Part shown: piece by piece, positions 28,013-37,422 of the stretch | Layout: each line of letters opens with the position of its first letter | Numbering within the stretch: position 1 is the stretch's first letter | DNA from: Candidatus Saccharimonadales bacterium | GTDB lineage: Bacteria; Patescibacteriota; Saccharimonadia; Saccharimonadales; 2-12-FULL-41-12 | Assembly: GCA_041600715.1 (NCBI GenBank) | Contig: JBFIJM010000001.1 | Span: forward strand, 320,387-384,386 | Reading direction: 5' to 3' | Length of the DNA: 64,000 nucleotides | Made by a program: the position numbers and the translations under genes | The notes under the pieces: generated by a model | The model's database searches: none | Seen by the model: only the letters and a program-made list of their open reading frames with translations | Told to the model about the DNA's origin: nothing

Positions 28013-28711
28013 CTAGAAAGCATCTGGTTTTTGCTTAACAATAGCTCCTGCTAATGTATCAGCAATTTGTTTTGTGATCTGCTCTCGAGCTTGAGCTTGA
28101 GCTTGATAGCTACCTGAAAAGTCACCTGCTCCATGTTTATCTACTGCTGACTTAAGTAAACCGACGTGCTCACTTACAAGTGAAGCGACAGCATCCTTTG
28201 GCAAGTTCGGGTTAGCACTACTTAAGAAAGTGGATATAGCCTCTACATAACCATTGAGGTCAGAAACAGCTTTATCCATTTTTGCCTGGTCTCCTGTTTT
28301 TGCCCCTACAGTATAGTCAACAAAAAAACCTATATGACTTGACCAAATTTCTTTAAACTGAGCACCTGCTTCTTCACCATATACACTAGCTATTGCTTCT
28401 GATATATCATCAGTGTTTTGTCCAAGTGCTCCTGCAGTAGCAACAAACTGCGGGTCTTCAAGATTGCCGGTATTAAAACCTTGGCGAGTTGCTGCCGCGG
28501 CAAGGTCAACATGCTCTGATTCTAAGTTATTTAAAAGTGCCCTTAGATCAGAGGCTTTTGTGTCGATTGCTGGGGCATTAGACGACTGTGAAGACGCTAT
28601 GTTATTCGATGAATCATCTTTGCTCATCCCAATCGCATAAACCGCACCTCCACCTATTAGTAATGCTAGGGCACCTACTGTTAATCCTATTGTTTTTATA
28701 CTGTGTTCCAT
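28013..28711 (-). CDS. Signal-anchored helical protein with repeated His-containing helices (unknown function)
   Basis: 232 aa. N-terminal TM, Ser-rich linker, then three helix motifs: EHVDLAAAATRQ, SSHIGFFVDYTVG and SEHVGLLKSAVDKH. Confidence 0.6.
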   Translation of the reverse strand: MEHSIKTIGLTVGALALLIGGGAVYAIGMSKDDSSNNIASSQSSNAPAIDTKASDLRALLNNLESEHVDLAAAATRQGFNTGNLEDPQFVATAGALGQNTDDISEAIASVYGEEAGAQFKEIWSSHIGFFVDYTVGAKTGDQAKMDKAVSDLNGYVEAISTFLSSANPNLPKDAVASLVSEHVGLLKSAVDKHGAGDFSGSYQAQAQAREQITKQIADTLAGAIVKQKPDAF

Positions 28712-28831
28712 ACCGACTCCTTAGAAGTTATTAGTAAATACAATAATTAGTATAGTTACTTTAGATTATGAAGTAAAGTATTATTGACTTGATAATTTTA
28801 TTTTACAACGTTACTCAGATGAGAAAGTCGT

Positions 28832-29275
28832 TTATCTTGTTTCTGAACCGAGCTCTTCAACTGTTCGTAGGTATATCGCTAGCCTGTCCTTAGGAATATT
28901 ACCTAGCCATTCCCTCATAGCAGACCGCATAGTGGTCTCTATTTCATCAAGTAATTTTCTACCCTTAGGTGTAATTGCTAGATAACGTGTACGCCGGTCA
29001 TGTTCAGCTACCTTTTGCGTAACAAGGTTAGTGGCAATCATCTTGGTGACTAATGCAGTTAATTGACTGAGGCGAACATCCAGTTGGTCTGCTATTTCAC
29101 CCATAGTATGTCCTGCATCAACCTGAGGGGTTTCTGCTACAGACGCCAATACCAACCATTCCATTCTTGTAATATCCCACACTTCTAGTTGTCGCGATAC
29201 ATACCCCTTCAGGACTCTTTCAGCACGTGAGTGCATCAAACAAGCCTGGTACATGGAAACTTCACTTAAATTCAT
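28832..29275 (-). CDS. MarR-family transcriptional regulator
   Basis: 147 aa. Winged-HTH pattern (MGEIADQLDVRLSQLTALVTKM...DRRTRYLAITPKG). Confidence 0.8.
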   Translation of the reverse strand: MNLSEVSMYQACLMHSRAERVLKGYVSRQLEVWDITRMEWLVLASVAETPQVDAGHTMGEIADQLDVRLSQLTALVTKMIATNLVTQKVAEHDRRTRYLAITPKGRKLLDEIETTMRSAMREWLGNIPKDRLAIYLRTVEELGSETR

Positions 29276-29324
29276 ACAACGTATAATTACACGAATATTT
29301 CACCTTGTAAAGTATTTTACGTCG

Positions 29325-30269
29325 TTACAAGCTTTTATTAAATTCGTCGAGATACTCTCTCATACGAAGGGCCGCTGTTGCGCCCTCGCCCACTGCGCTG
29401 GCAATCTGCATTGTTGCCCCACTTCGAACATCCCCCGCAGCGAATACTCCTGGCATATTTGTTTCCAACTCATTATTTGTTTTTATAAGTCCGATATCGT
29501 CAAGCTCGATGGAAGTTTCCTTTAAGAACCCGGTGTTAGGTAAAAGACCAATAAAAACAAAAACCCCGTCTGTCTGCATCTCTGTCTTGTTACCATCTTT
29601 TGTTACCGCAACTGCTACAACCTTATTGTCTTTTGCTAGCACCTCGTCTGTTGTTGTATTAAAGTGAATGGTTATCTTATCTGTGTGTTTTTCTAATTCG
29701 TGTTGTAGCACTTCTGATGCTCTAAAAGCATTACCTCTTACAAGTAAATCGATATGTGAGGCAAATTTTGTTAAAAATAGCGCTTCTTGCACTGCTGAGT
29801 TACCACCGCCAACAACTACCAAACGTTTATCTCGATAAAAAGCGCCGTCACAAGTAGCACAGAAATGTACCCCACGGCCGTAGAACTCGTTTTCTCCTGG
29901 TATACCTAGCCGTTTATAGTCACTCCCAGTAGCAATAAGGACCGTTTTGGCTCGAACCTCACCGCTAGTAGTCTGCAGTACTAGGCATTCTGGTCTTTTA
30001 TCAATTGTCGTCACTTCTCCAAGCTCTATCACTGTTCCGAATCTCTCAGCTTGCTTACGTAAATTTTCTCCGAGCTCTAATCCTGCAATCCCATCAGGGA
30101 ATCCTGGGTAATTGTCGACCCAATCAGTTATTGATGCTAGCCCCCCGATAACTCCCTTTTCAAACAACACGGTTTGTAGGTCTTCACGTGTTGTATATAT
30201 AGCTGAAGCAAGTGCAGTTGGCCCTGCACCAATCATAGCTACATCCCAGATTTTTTCTGTTACTGACAT
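29325..30269 (-). CDS. trxB: Thioredoxin-disulfide reductase
   Basis: FAD motif IGAGPTALASAIY, redox centre CATCDG, NADPH motif VVGGGNSAVQEA. Confidence 0.93.
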   Translation of the reverse strand: MSVTEKIWDVAMIGAGPTALASAIYTTREDLQTVLFEKGVIGGLASITDWVDNYPGFPDGIAGLELGENLRKQAERFGTVIELGEVTTIDKRPECLVLQTTSGEVRAKTVLIATGSDYKRLGIPGENEFYGRGVHFCATCDGAFYRDKRLVVVGGGNSAVQEALFLTKFASHIDLLVRGNAFRASEVLQHELEKHTDKITIHFNTTTDEVLAKDNKVVAVAVTKDGNKTEMQTDGVFVFIGLLPNTGFLKETSIELDDIGLIKTNNELETNMPGVFAAGDVRSGATMQIASAVGEGATAALRMREYLDEFNKSL

Positions 30270-30274
30270 AGGCT

Positions 30275-30523
30275 TTAAGCTACTGCCGTGGCAAGTTTAG
30301 CAAGATTATATCCAACCACAATCTCTTTTGTATCATCTTCTTTTGTAATTACAGTAATCGGAACGGATAACTGACCGCTCAGCTCGAAGGCTTCCTTCTG
30401 CTTGTCTGGTTGTTCGTCCAAGTTAATCTCGTCATAGCTAAAGCCTTTGGCGCTAAGCCATTTCTTTACCATTCCGCAGTACGCACAGGTATTTGTAGAA
30501 AAGATAGTTATATTTTTTGCCAT
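30275..30523 (-). CDS. Glutaredoxin/NrdH-like small redoxin
   Basis: 82 aa. CAYC active site at the N-terminus of helix 1 and VPITVI cis-Pro region. Sits 5 nt upstream of trxB. Confidence 0.8.
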   Translation of the reverse strand: MAKNITIFSTNTCAYCGMVKKWLSAKGFSYDEINLDEQPDKQKEAFELSGQLSVPITVITKEDDTKEIVVGYNLAKLATAVA

Positions 30524-30568
30524 TGCTTAATCCTTTTTTATTAACTGTTTGTGGTTAAATCTTATTAT

Positions 30569-30602
30569 ATATAGCGTAGCAAAGAATTTCAATACGCTAT
30601 AT
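30569..30602. promoter_or_regulatory. Perfect 10-bp inverted repeat (ATATAGCGTA-N14-TACGCTATAT) between the FKBP and glutaredoxin-like genes
   Basis: Read directly. It lies 16 nt downstream of the FKBP stop and about 45 nt upstream of the grx start. Could be a terminator hairpin or an operator. Confidence 0.4.
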
Positions 30603-30618
30603 GTTGTGTTTTGGAGCT

Positions 30619-31176
30619 TTATTCACCTAACTTTACGAGTTCGATATCAAATACGAGATCTGAATTTGCTGGAATATTTGGAGAAGGAGATTGAGCGCCA
30701 TAGGCTTGCTCTGCGGGGATAATAAGACGCCGTATTCCGCCGACCTTCATTCCTGGCACACCATCTGTCCATCCCTTGATTACGCCAGTAAGACTAAACG
30801 GTACTGGTTGTCCCATGTCATAAGAGCTTTGGAATATAGTTCCGTTTGACGCTAATGCCCCTGTGTAGTGTGCGGTGACGGTAGCGCCAGCTGGCACCAC
30901 TTCACCAGTACCTTCTTTGGTGTCGATTATTTCAAGTTTTTCAACTTTTGCTATTGGTGCAAATCCTTGTAGTTTAGTTCCTTCCAACTTATCCTCCTGT
31001 GGTTTATTTTGTTGATTCTGCATCTGTTCTTGGATCTGTTTCTGAAGATCAGCAGTTGACTGATCGTTGTTATTATTACCGAATATAACTATCCCACTGA
31101 AAGCGATGGATGATAATAAAAACACTCCAACAATCACCAAAATAAATATACGCTGTCCGTTTCCTCGTACTCCCAT
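30619..31176 (-). CDS. FKBP-type peptidyl-prolyl cis-trans isomerase, membrane-anchored
   Basis: FKBP domain (VTAHYTGAL..GTIFQSSYD..PVPFSLTGVIKGWTDGVPGMKVGGIRRLIIP); N-terminal TM and Gln-rich linker. Confidence 0.9.
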   Translation of the reverse strand: MGVRGNGQRIFILVIVGVFLLSSIAFSGIVIFGNNNNDQSTADLQKQIQEQMQNQQNKPQEDKLEGTKLQGFAPIAKVEKLEIIDTKEGTGEVVPAGATVTAHYTGALASNGTIFQSSYDMGQPVPFSLTGVIKGWTDGVPGMKVGGIRRLIIPAEQAYGAQSPSPNIPANSDLVFDIELVKLGE

Positions 31177-31206
31177 TTTTTCCCTCTTTTATTAGTAACT
31201 TATGAT

Positions 31207-31689
31207 CTATTTTAGCACAGTAGGATCGAGTTGCCATTCTTTAACCACCTCTGGGAAACCAAACTTTACACCCTTAAGTATTTCGACCCCAAGGCGCTCA
31301 GATCTGAATGGGTAGCTAGTATCTGGGATATTGTCTACCGGGAACCATACTGGCTCATAGAGATCTGCACCCTCTCTATTAGAGGCTAGTTCTTCGCTAT
31401 CAGGATGAAGTTTGGGTTCACCCTTTTCATATTTACAGATATAAATATACTGAGTCCCCCACACGCCATCGTTAGGTTCTTCTATGAATACCAGCCGAGG
31501 ATCAGAAACCGTTATCATGGTCTCTTCCCATAACTCTCTTAGAACCGCCTCGGATTGACTTTCGCCAGTCTCTAGTCTCCCTCCTGGTAAAGCCATGTAC
31601 TTGCGTCCATCATTTTTTGTCCGTCGCATGACCAATATCTGACCATTTTTTATCACAATGGCACGTCCCGCAGGTCTCAGGCTTACCAT
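31207..31689 (-). CDS. NUDIX hydrolase
   Basis: Nudix box GGRLETGESQSEAVLRELWEETMI; 160 aa. The start overlaps the DUF2207 gene end by 7 nt. Confidence 0.85.
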   Translation of the reverse strand: MVSLRPAGRAIVIKNGQILVMRRTKNDGRKYMALPGGRLETGESQSEAVLRELWEETMITVSDPRLVFIEEPNDGVWGTQYIYICKYEKGEPKLHPDSEELASNREGADLYEPVWFPVDNIPDTSYPFRSERLGVEILKGVKFGFPEVVKEWQLDPTVLK

Positions 31690-33401
31690 CCGCCACCACC
31701 GCCACCACCGCCACCACCGCCAGACGAACCGCTACTTCCAGACGACCCACTATTTGATTCGAAACTCTTACTAAAACTTGATGTTGCAGATGTTATTCCA
31801 GACGCTAAGTAAGCTACATTAAATGTTGAAGCAGAGTTACTCTCATACCACGATGGTAAGTCGGTCAGAATACCGTCAAATTGTTTTGCCCAGCTCTTCT
31901 CAACCCCCAAGGCTACTGCGTAGGGTAACAATTTCTCAAATAGCTCGACTGTCTTCGAAGGCTCAGCATATGGCCGATCCACGCCCTGTAGCATTTTTAA
32001 TCGATCCTTTTCTGCAGTATTCATATAAAGTTCAAGCCCTTTTATTCGTTCATATATTTCGACTCCTTCTGGACTCCGTCTAGGCATGACAAGCCCAAGC
32101 CCAAGGAAGGCTAAGCCCGAGACAATAAGTCCTATGCCCAATCCTACCGATAGTTGAAACACAAAGAATGCTATAAAAAACAGTATGGATCCCGCAATAA
32201 TAAACCATTTAGACATACTGTTAGCTCGTTTCTCCAGTAATCCATAAGTGTTAACTAAATTCTTTTCGATATTTTCCCTAGAGTCGTTCACAGCATTATG
32301 CATCTTTGTTTTATCCAAACTATTCATTGCTACTCGTGAGCCAAGGACTTGATCTTCAAAAATTCCATCAATCAAAGATGCCTCGTGGGGTTTCAGCTCT
32401 CCAGGTGACGCGATTTTAATAATCTCAACTTCATAGCTACGAGACTTAAAGCCCAATATTCGTTTCTCGGTCTCATGTAGTCTTATATATCCTCTCACAG
32501 CTAGATCTATAAGAGTCGCAGACAGGTCTCTAGTATTAACCTTATAATCGGCTAACATGCCGACTTCTGCCGGGCTTAAATCTTCTGGGGGCTGATATTC
32601 AGTTACAATCACACCCCGTCCTTTATAGTCGCGACCATTCCTATGCCACAGAACAACAGCGTAGCCAGCAAGTACAAGACCAGGCAACAGTCCAACAATA
32701 TTACCTATATTATCTTTTATGACATCTGCTACCCCGGGCTTACTAAAAACACCACCGTTGACCTGTACGCTAAGGGTCATGTTTTCCCCAGGTTTTAATA
32801 TTCGTTTAGATGTAAAAACTATTTTATTATCCACTTCGCTTATACTACAAGCCTGCTCTTTCGAGCCCAAGCTTCCCGTAAAGCAATAAGGGCTTAGTGG
32901 CTTTAGTTGCTTGTTCTTAAATGAAACTTCCGCTATCACCGACTCAAAAGGCTGACTCCAGCCAGTTCCATTAATATCCCAATAAAATTCCCGAGAATCA
33001 TCAAGTCTCATTATTCTTTCTTGATAATAAACAATTTTATAACTATGTCTCCCAGTTATATATACATCTGGATCGCCAATTTTAAGAACGATGTTTCCGT
33101 TGTCTGAATAGGTAGTGAAAGGTTCTTTTTTACCGTCACGTTCAACACTACGAACGTCTAACTTTGTGCTATAACCTCTATGTTCCTCCGGTATTGCGCG
33201 TAATATCCCACGGTTCTGTGCAGAGTACGTTAGGTCAATCGTTTCAGTTGTTAAAAGTGATCCTCCTACCGCATCATTGTCAATCACATAACTCGCTTTA
33301 AAGTTATTAATAACAAAATTATTGACTCCTTGAGCAGAAGCAATATGCGCGTTCAGAAAAAGTCCCAGTATTACTAATAAAAGACTGGATAGTATTTTCA
33401 T
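31683..33401 (-). CDS. DUF2207-like membrane protein with C-terminal Ser/Gly tail
   Basis: 572 aa. Signal peptide, large N-terminal extracytoplasmic domain, TM helices at mid-protein and around residues 395-445, C-terminus SNSGSSGSSGSSGGGGGGGGGGGW. Confidence 0.7.
   Translation of the reverse strand: MKILSSLLLVILGLFLNAHIASAQGVNNFVINNFKASYVIDNDAVGGSLLTTETIDLTYSAQNRGILRAIPEEHRGYSTKLDVRSVERDGKKEPFTTYSDNGNIVLKIGDPDVYITGRHSYKIVYYQERIMRLDDSREFYWDINGTGWSQPFESVIAEVSFKNKQLKPLSPYCFTGSLGSKEQACSISEVDNKIVFTSKRILKPGENMTLSVQVNGGVFSKPGVADVIKDNIGNIVGLLPGLVLAGYAVVLWHRNGRDYKGRGVIVTEYQPPEDLSPAEVGMLADYKVNTRDLSATLIDLAVRGYIRLHETEKRILGFKSRSYEVEIIKIASPGELKPHEASLIDGIFEDQVLGSRVAMNSLDKTKMHNAVNDSRENIEKNLVNTYGLLEKRANSMSKWFIIAGSILFFIAFFVFQLSVGLGIGLIVSGLAFLGLGLVMPRRSPEGVEIYERIKGLELYMNTAEKDRLKMLQGVDRPYAEPSKTVELFEKLLPYAVALGVEKSWAKQFDGILTDLPSWYESNSASTFNVAYLASGITSATSSFSKSFESNSGSSGSSGSSGGGGGGGGGGGW
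31690..31721. repeat. Simple-sequence repeat (CCGCCACCA)x3 + CCGCC, encoding the poly-Gly tail
   Basis: Read directly from the sequence; codes G11 on the minus strand. Confidence 0.9.
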
Positions 33402-35872
33402 ATTCTCTTAACAGAAATCTTTTGGTTAATTCTTTTACATAATTCTTCAAGAATTGAGCCCAGTACATTTTCGGTCAAAGTACGTTCGTAGCTTATTAAC
33501 TTAACCCTGTATGTGACTCGTTTCTTTTTACCCAAATCATCCGAGGAGTAAATGTCTATCACTTCCGTGTGAACAGCTTGGTTTAGTTCAATTAATTCAC
33601 TTAAACTCTTATCAAAGGTCTCAGTTAGCGTACCGTAGCTTAGTTCTTCTTCTATCTCGAGGCAAATGTCTTGACTTAAGCTCGGGAACTTAGACAGAGG
33701 CCTATAAATAGAGTCCTCTTCTTTCTTGAATGCTGATAAAAACATTTCAAATCCAGCAGTAGAAGTTGGCAGTTTGAATTTCTTCAACACTTGGGGCGTA
33801 AATTCACCTACAATACCTACTACATATCCTTTGTTACTTAATACCAATGCAGAACGTGATTTATCGTAAGGGGCAGTCATCTGGGTAATCAATTGATGAT
33901 CCTGCAGTAGATCCTGATCAAACGGCACCAATTTTAGTTGTTTGTTGAGATTATTCAGAAAATAAACAGCTTGATAGTATGCTGTTCGTTCATCTGTTTT
34001 AGATGAATAAACAAAACTCACTCTACCAAATTCAGAAGGAGCATTATCTTCGTCTATCTCTGATTTACTATGGACTTTACCTATTTCAAAAAGAGCAAAG
34101 TTATCGAAACCCGATTTAATATTGGGATGTATTTTATCTAGTAAACTCGGAGTTAAACTCAAGCGATAGTATTGCAAATTAGGGCTGAGTGCATTACTCA
34201 ACTTAAACGCTAAGTCTTTATCTTGCCCAGCATTATCAATGAGTTTTCCGTGGACAAAGCTATAGCTCAGAACTTCATTCGCTCCATAGCTTGATAGAGT
34301 AGATCGAAGTCTTCTTTTTAAGCTCAACATAGGGTCGAGATCTGTCGGACTTACAGTCCTAGTAGGGAGCTCAAGCGGTAACTTATCATATCCAAGCAAT
34401 CTTCCCACTTCTTCAACTATATCTTCTTTTATAACTACATCTGTCCTCCAAAACGGAGGCGTCACATTAATCACGCTATCATTTACTTTTACTTCAAATT
34501 CAACATTATCTAATGCAGTCATAATATCCTGACTCGTAACATCAGTTCCAAGTCGAGCGTTTATAAATTCTTTTGTGATGCTAATACTTGCTTGATCCGG
34601 TTGAATATTCCTAATATCCTGGACGCTACTTGCTTGTTGCGCTCCAGAAAGTTCAGTCATCATCTTCATTGCCTGAGCAATCACTCTATCATTTTGTAAC
34701 AGGCTCTGCCCTTTATTAAATCTCGTTACGGCATCAGTAAACAAACCATGCGCCATACTTGTTCGCCTTATGCTGTACATATCAAAACTTGCCACCTCAA
34801 TGATGATTTTGCGAGTAGTTTCATCAACTTCAGTTGTAGTCCCACCCATCACACCAGCAATACCTACCGACTCTTTATCAGTAGCTATCATTATCGCGTC
34901 TTCACGTGGGCTAATTGTCTTACCGTTAAGTAATGCGATCTGCTCATCACTTTTAGGTTTTCGCACTATCAATTTTGGAGTCCCCTCACTAAGTGCTTTT
35001 ACTTTGTCATAATCGTAGACATGTAGGGGCTGTGCGGTTATATAAGATAAATAATTAGTAACATCTACTACGTTGTTGATCGGCTTTATGCCTACCCGAG
35101 TCAATATCGCTTGTAGCCAAATCGGGCTACTCTTTATGCTTACATTATCCATTGCAACAGCCATAAAACGAGGGCACAATTCTGGTAGTTGATTCTCCAC
35201 TTCTAGCGGTAGTGTACTGCCGTGATCGAACTCAGGAGTTTTTAGGTACCATTCAGGTGAAGTAAATTTTGTGCCATTAATCCCAGCAATCTCGCGGGCG
35301 ACACCTAACACCCCGAAGCAATCCGGCCGATGTGTAAACATTTTGTTTTCAATTTCTATGATTACATCATCAATACCATATAATGTCTTAAATTCTGTGC
35401 CAGGTTTTACGTCCTCATCAATCTCTAAGATTCCATCATGATTATCACTGATAGCAAGTTCGCTTGGGCTGGCTAACATTCCGTTACTTACAATTCCTCT
35501 TAGCTCACGGCTTCCTAGCACAAAAGGTTCATTCGTGTCGTGCGTGCTAGGCACAGTTGAGCCAGGAGGTAACCATGCTACAAGTATTCCCACACGCACA
35601 TTTGGTGCGCCACACACAACTTGAACTAAACCGTTTGTACGCTCAATGTCTTGGACGGCTCCTCCGTCATCAATCATGCACGCACTTAACTTATCAGCAT
35701 TTGGGTGTTTTTCGCAGGAAACAACCTTAGCAACTATTACATCTGAATATTTCTCTCCGGCGCGCTCAACAGTTTCTACTGCGCCTAGCTGCGCACCGAT
35801 TTTCTGCACTAGATCTTCAACCGACAAGTTAACATCGGCAAACTTCTTTACTTCATTCAAACTTACTTTCAT
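33398..35872 (-). CDS. pheT: Phenylalanine--tRNA ligase beta subunit
   Basis: 824 aa. N-terminal tRNA-binding OB domain (VVSCEKHPNADKLSAC), B3/4 and B5 domains, and the FDVB C-terminal domain. Confidence 0.96.
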   Translation of the reverse strand: MKVSLNEVKKFADVNLSVEDLVQKIGAQLGAVETVERAGEKYSDVIVAKVVSCEKHPNADKLSACMIDDGGAVQDIERTNGLVQVVCGAPNVRVGILVAWLPPGSTVPSTHDTNEPFVLGSRELRGIVSNGMLASPSELAISDNHDGILEIDEDVKPGTEFKTLYGIDDVIIEIENKMFTHRPDCFGVLGVAREIAGINGTKFTSPEWYLKTPEFDHGSTLPLEVENQLPELCPRFMAVAMDNVSIKSSPIWLQAILTRVGIKPINNVVDVTNYLSYITAQPLHVYDYDKVKALSEGTPKLIVRKPKSDEQIALLNGKTISPREDAIMIATDKESVGIAGVMGGTTTEVDETTRKIIIEVASFDMYSIRRTSMAHGLFTDAVTRFNKGQSLLQNDRVIAQAMKMMTELSGAQQASSVQDIRNIQPDQASISITKEFINARLGTDVTSQDIMTALDNVEFEVKVNDSVINVTPPFWRTDVVIKEDIVEEVGRLLGYDKLPLELPTRTVSPTDLDPMLSLKRRLRSTLSSYGANEVLSYSFVHGKLIDNAGQDKDLAFKLSNALSPNLQYYRLSLTPSLLDKIHPNIKSGFDNFALFEIGKVHSKSEIDEDNAPSEFGRVSFVYSSKTDERTAYYQAVYFLNNLNKQLKLVPFDQDLLQDHQLITQMTAPYDKSRSALVLSNKGYVVGIVGEFTPQVLKKFKLPTSTAGFEMFLSAFKKEEDSIYRPLSKFPSLSQDICLEIEEELSYGTLTETFDKSLSELIELNQAVHTEVIDIYSSDDLGKKKRVTYRVKLISYERTLTENVLGSILEELCKRINQKISVKRI

Positions 35873-36880
35873 TTAAAATTGCCTCAAGAAGTCTAGCTTG
35901 CCACTATTGAAATGACGGATATCTTCTATCTCATTCTTCATCATCACCATCCTCTCGATACCAAAGCCCCAGGCAAAACCAGTGAATACCTCCGGGTCAA
36001 TACCCGCTTGACGAAGTACATTAGGATGAATCATGCCACAGCCAACAAGCTCTAACCATTTTTGCTCTTCGGAATTGTCCTTTTTTAGTATTTCTGGTCG
36101 CTCAACAGCAAACTCAAAGCTTGGCTCAGTGAACGGAAAGTAAAATGGCTGTAACTTAGTCTTTAGTTTTTCCCCAAAGTATTCACTCAAATATGTTTCT
36201 AACGTAGCAATTAACATTCCAGCGTGTACGCCTTTTGCAACATAAATTCCCTCCAACTGATGAAATGTATGTTCATGAGTAGCATCAAGATCTTCGTTGC
36301 GAAAAACTCGACCCGGTATTATGTAAGCAATTGCCTCACCTTCATCTAATAACTGTTTATTTTCTGACATAATTCGATTTTGCATGGTGCTAGTATGGGC
36401 TGGAGCAATATATCCGTCCTCGGTCATGAAAGTGTCGTAGTCATCACGCGCCGGATGGTCTGCTGGGAAATTAAGACTACTAAACATATGGAACTCGTCA
36501 TCAATTTGCCTGGACTCTCTAGCGGTGAATCCCATGCGCGCAAATATATCAATGATGCGGTCAATCTCGCTAGTGAGTGGGTGGATTGACCCCTGTTCTG
36601 CAGGAAGCATTTTAGGCCTGTCTTTAAGCGATGTATTAGTGTCCCACGGCGCGGTAACGTCGATCAGTTTTCTCTCATCTTTTTCATTCTCGTCGCCCAA
36701 TATTTGTTGCAAGTCTGCTCGTAACTGGTTGACTTGCTTGCCAAATTCACTACGTTGTTCGGGGGGCAATGTCTTAAGCTCATCAAATAGACTTTTAAGC
36801 TCTACACTCTTAAGTACGTCACGATCGCCATTCTTAGCGCGAGCTATTAAGGACTCAACTATTTCTGTGTGCTGATTCAT
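35873..36880 (-). CDS. pheS: Phenylalanine--tRNA ligase alpha subunit
   Basis: Class II aaRS motifs (FRNEDLDATHEHTFHQLEG, GFAWGFGIERM); 335 aa. Confidence 0.96.
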   Translation of the reverse strand: MNQHTEIVESLIARAKNGDRDVLKSVELKSLFDELKTLPPEQRSEFGKQVNQLRADLQQILGDENEKDERKLIDVTAPWDTNTSLKDRPKMLPAEQGSIHPLTSEIDRIIDIFARMGFTARESRQIDDEFHMFSSLNFPADHPARDDYDTFMTEDGYIAPAHTSTMQNRIMSENKQLLDEGEAIAYIIPGRVFRNEDLDATHEHTFHQLEGIYVAKGVHAGMLIATLETYLSEYFGEKLKTKLQPFYFPFTEPSFEFAVERPEILKKDNSEEQKWLELVGCGMIHPNVLRQAGIDPEVFTGFAWGFGIERMVMMKNEIEDIRHFNSGKLDFLRQF

Positions 36881-36924
36881 CTTGTCACTTATTGTACCAA
36901 AGAAGTCTGTGTTACATTAGTGTT

Positions 36925-37422
36925 ATGGCGAATTTTAGTTTTGATATAGTTTCTGATTACGATAAGGCAGAGATGAATAACGTGGTCGAGCAGGCCAAAA
37001 AAGAACTTGGCTCTCGCTATGACTTCAAAGGGACGCAGGCCGACCTAGATTGGCTCAACGGGGAAAGAACCGGCCTTAAAATCACAGGTGATAGCGATTA
37101 TCATATAGATGCAATTCTTGATATTATCCGAAAAAAGTTAGCAACAAGAGGGTTAAGTCAAAAAGTGCTAGACACTACCAAAGAGGCTACCACAAGTAAT
37201 CTTAAGACTACAAAAGAAGTTATTTTTAAAAAAGGTCTGTCTAGCGAAAATGCCAAGAAAATCACCAAGCTTATTCGTGATGAGTACCCTAAAGTTAAGC
37301 CAACCATTCAAGGCGATGAAGTTCGCGTGACTGGACCAAAAAAAGATGATTTGCAAGCTGTAATGCAACTTTTAAATTCTGCAAACTTTGATTTTCCTTT
37401 GGAGTTTACGAACTTCCGTTAA
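36925..37422 (+). CDS. yajQ: YajQ-family nucleotide-binding protein (UPF0234)
   Basis: MANFSFDIVSDYDKAEMNNVVEQAKKELGSRYDFKG is the canonical YajQ N-terminus. Start moved to ATG 36925. Confidence 0.85.
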   Translation: MANFSFDIVSDYDKAEMNNVVEQAKKELGSRYDFKGTQADLDWLNGERTGLKITGDSDYHIDAILDIIRKKLATRGLSQKVLDTTKEATTSNLKTTKEVIFKKGLSSENAKKITKLIRDEYPKVKPTIQGDEVRVTGPKKDDLQAVMQLLNSANFDFPLEFTNFR

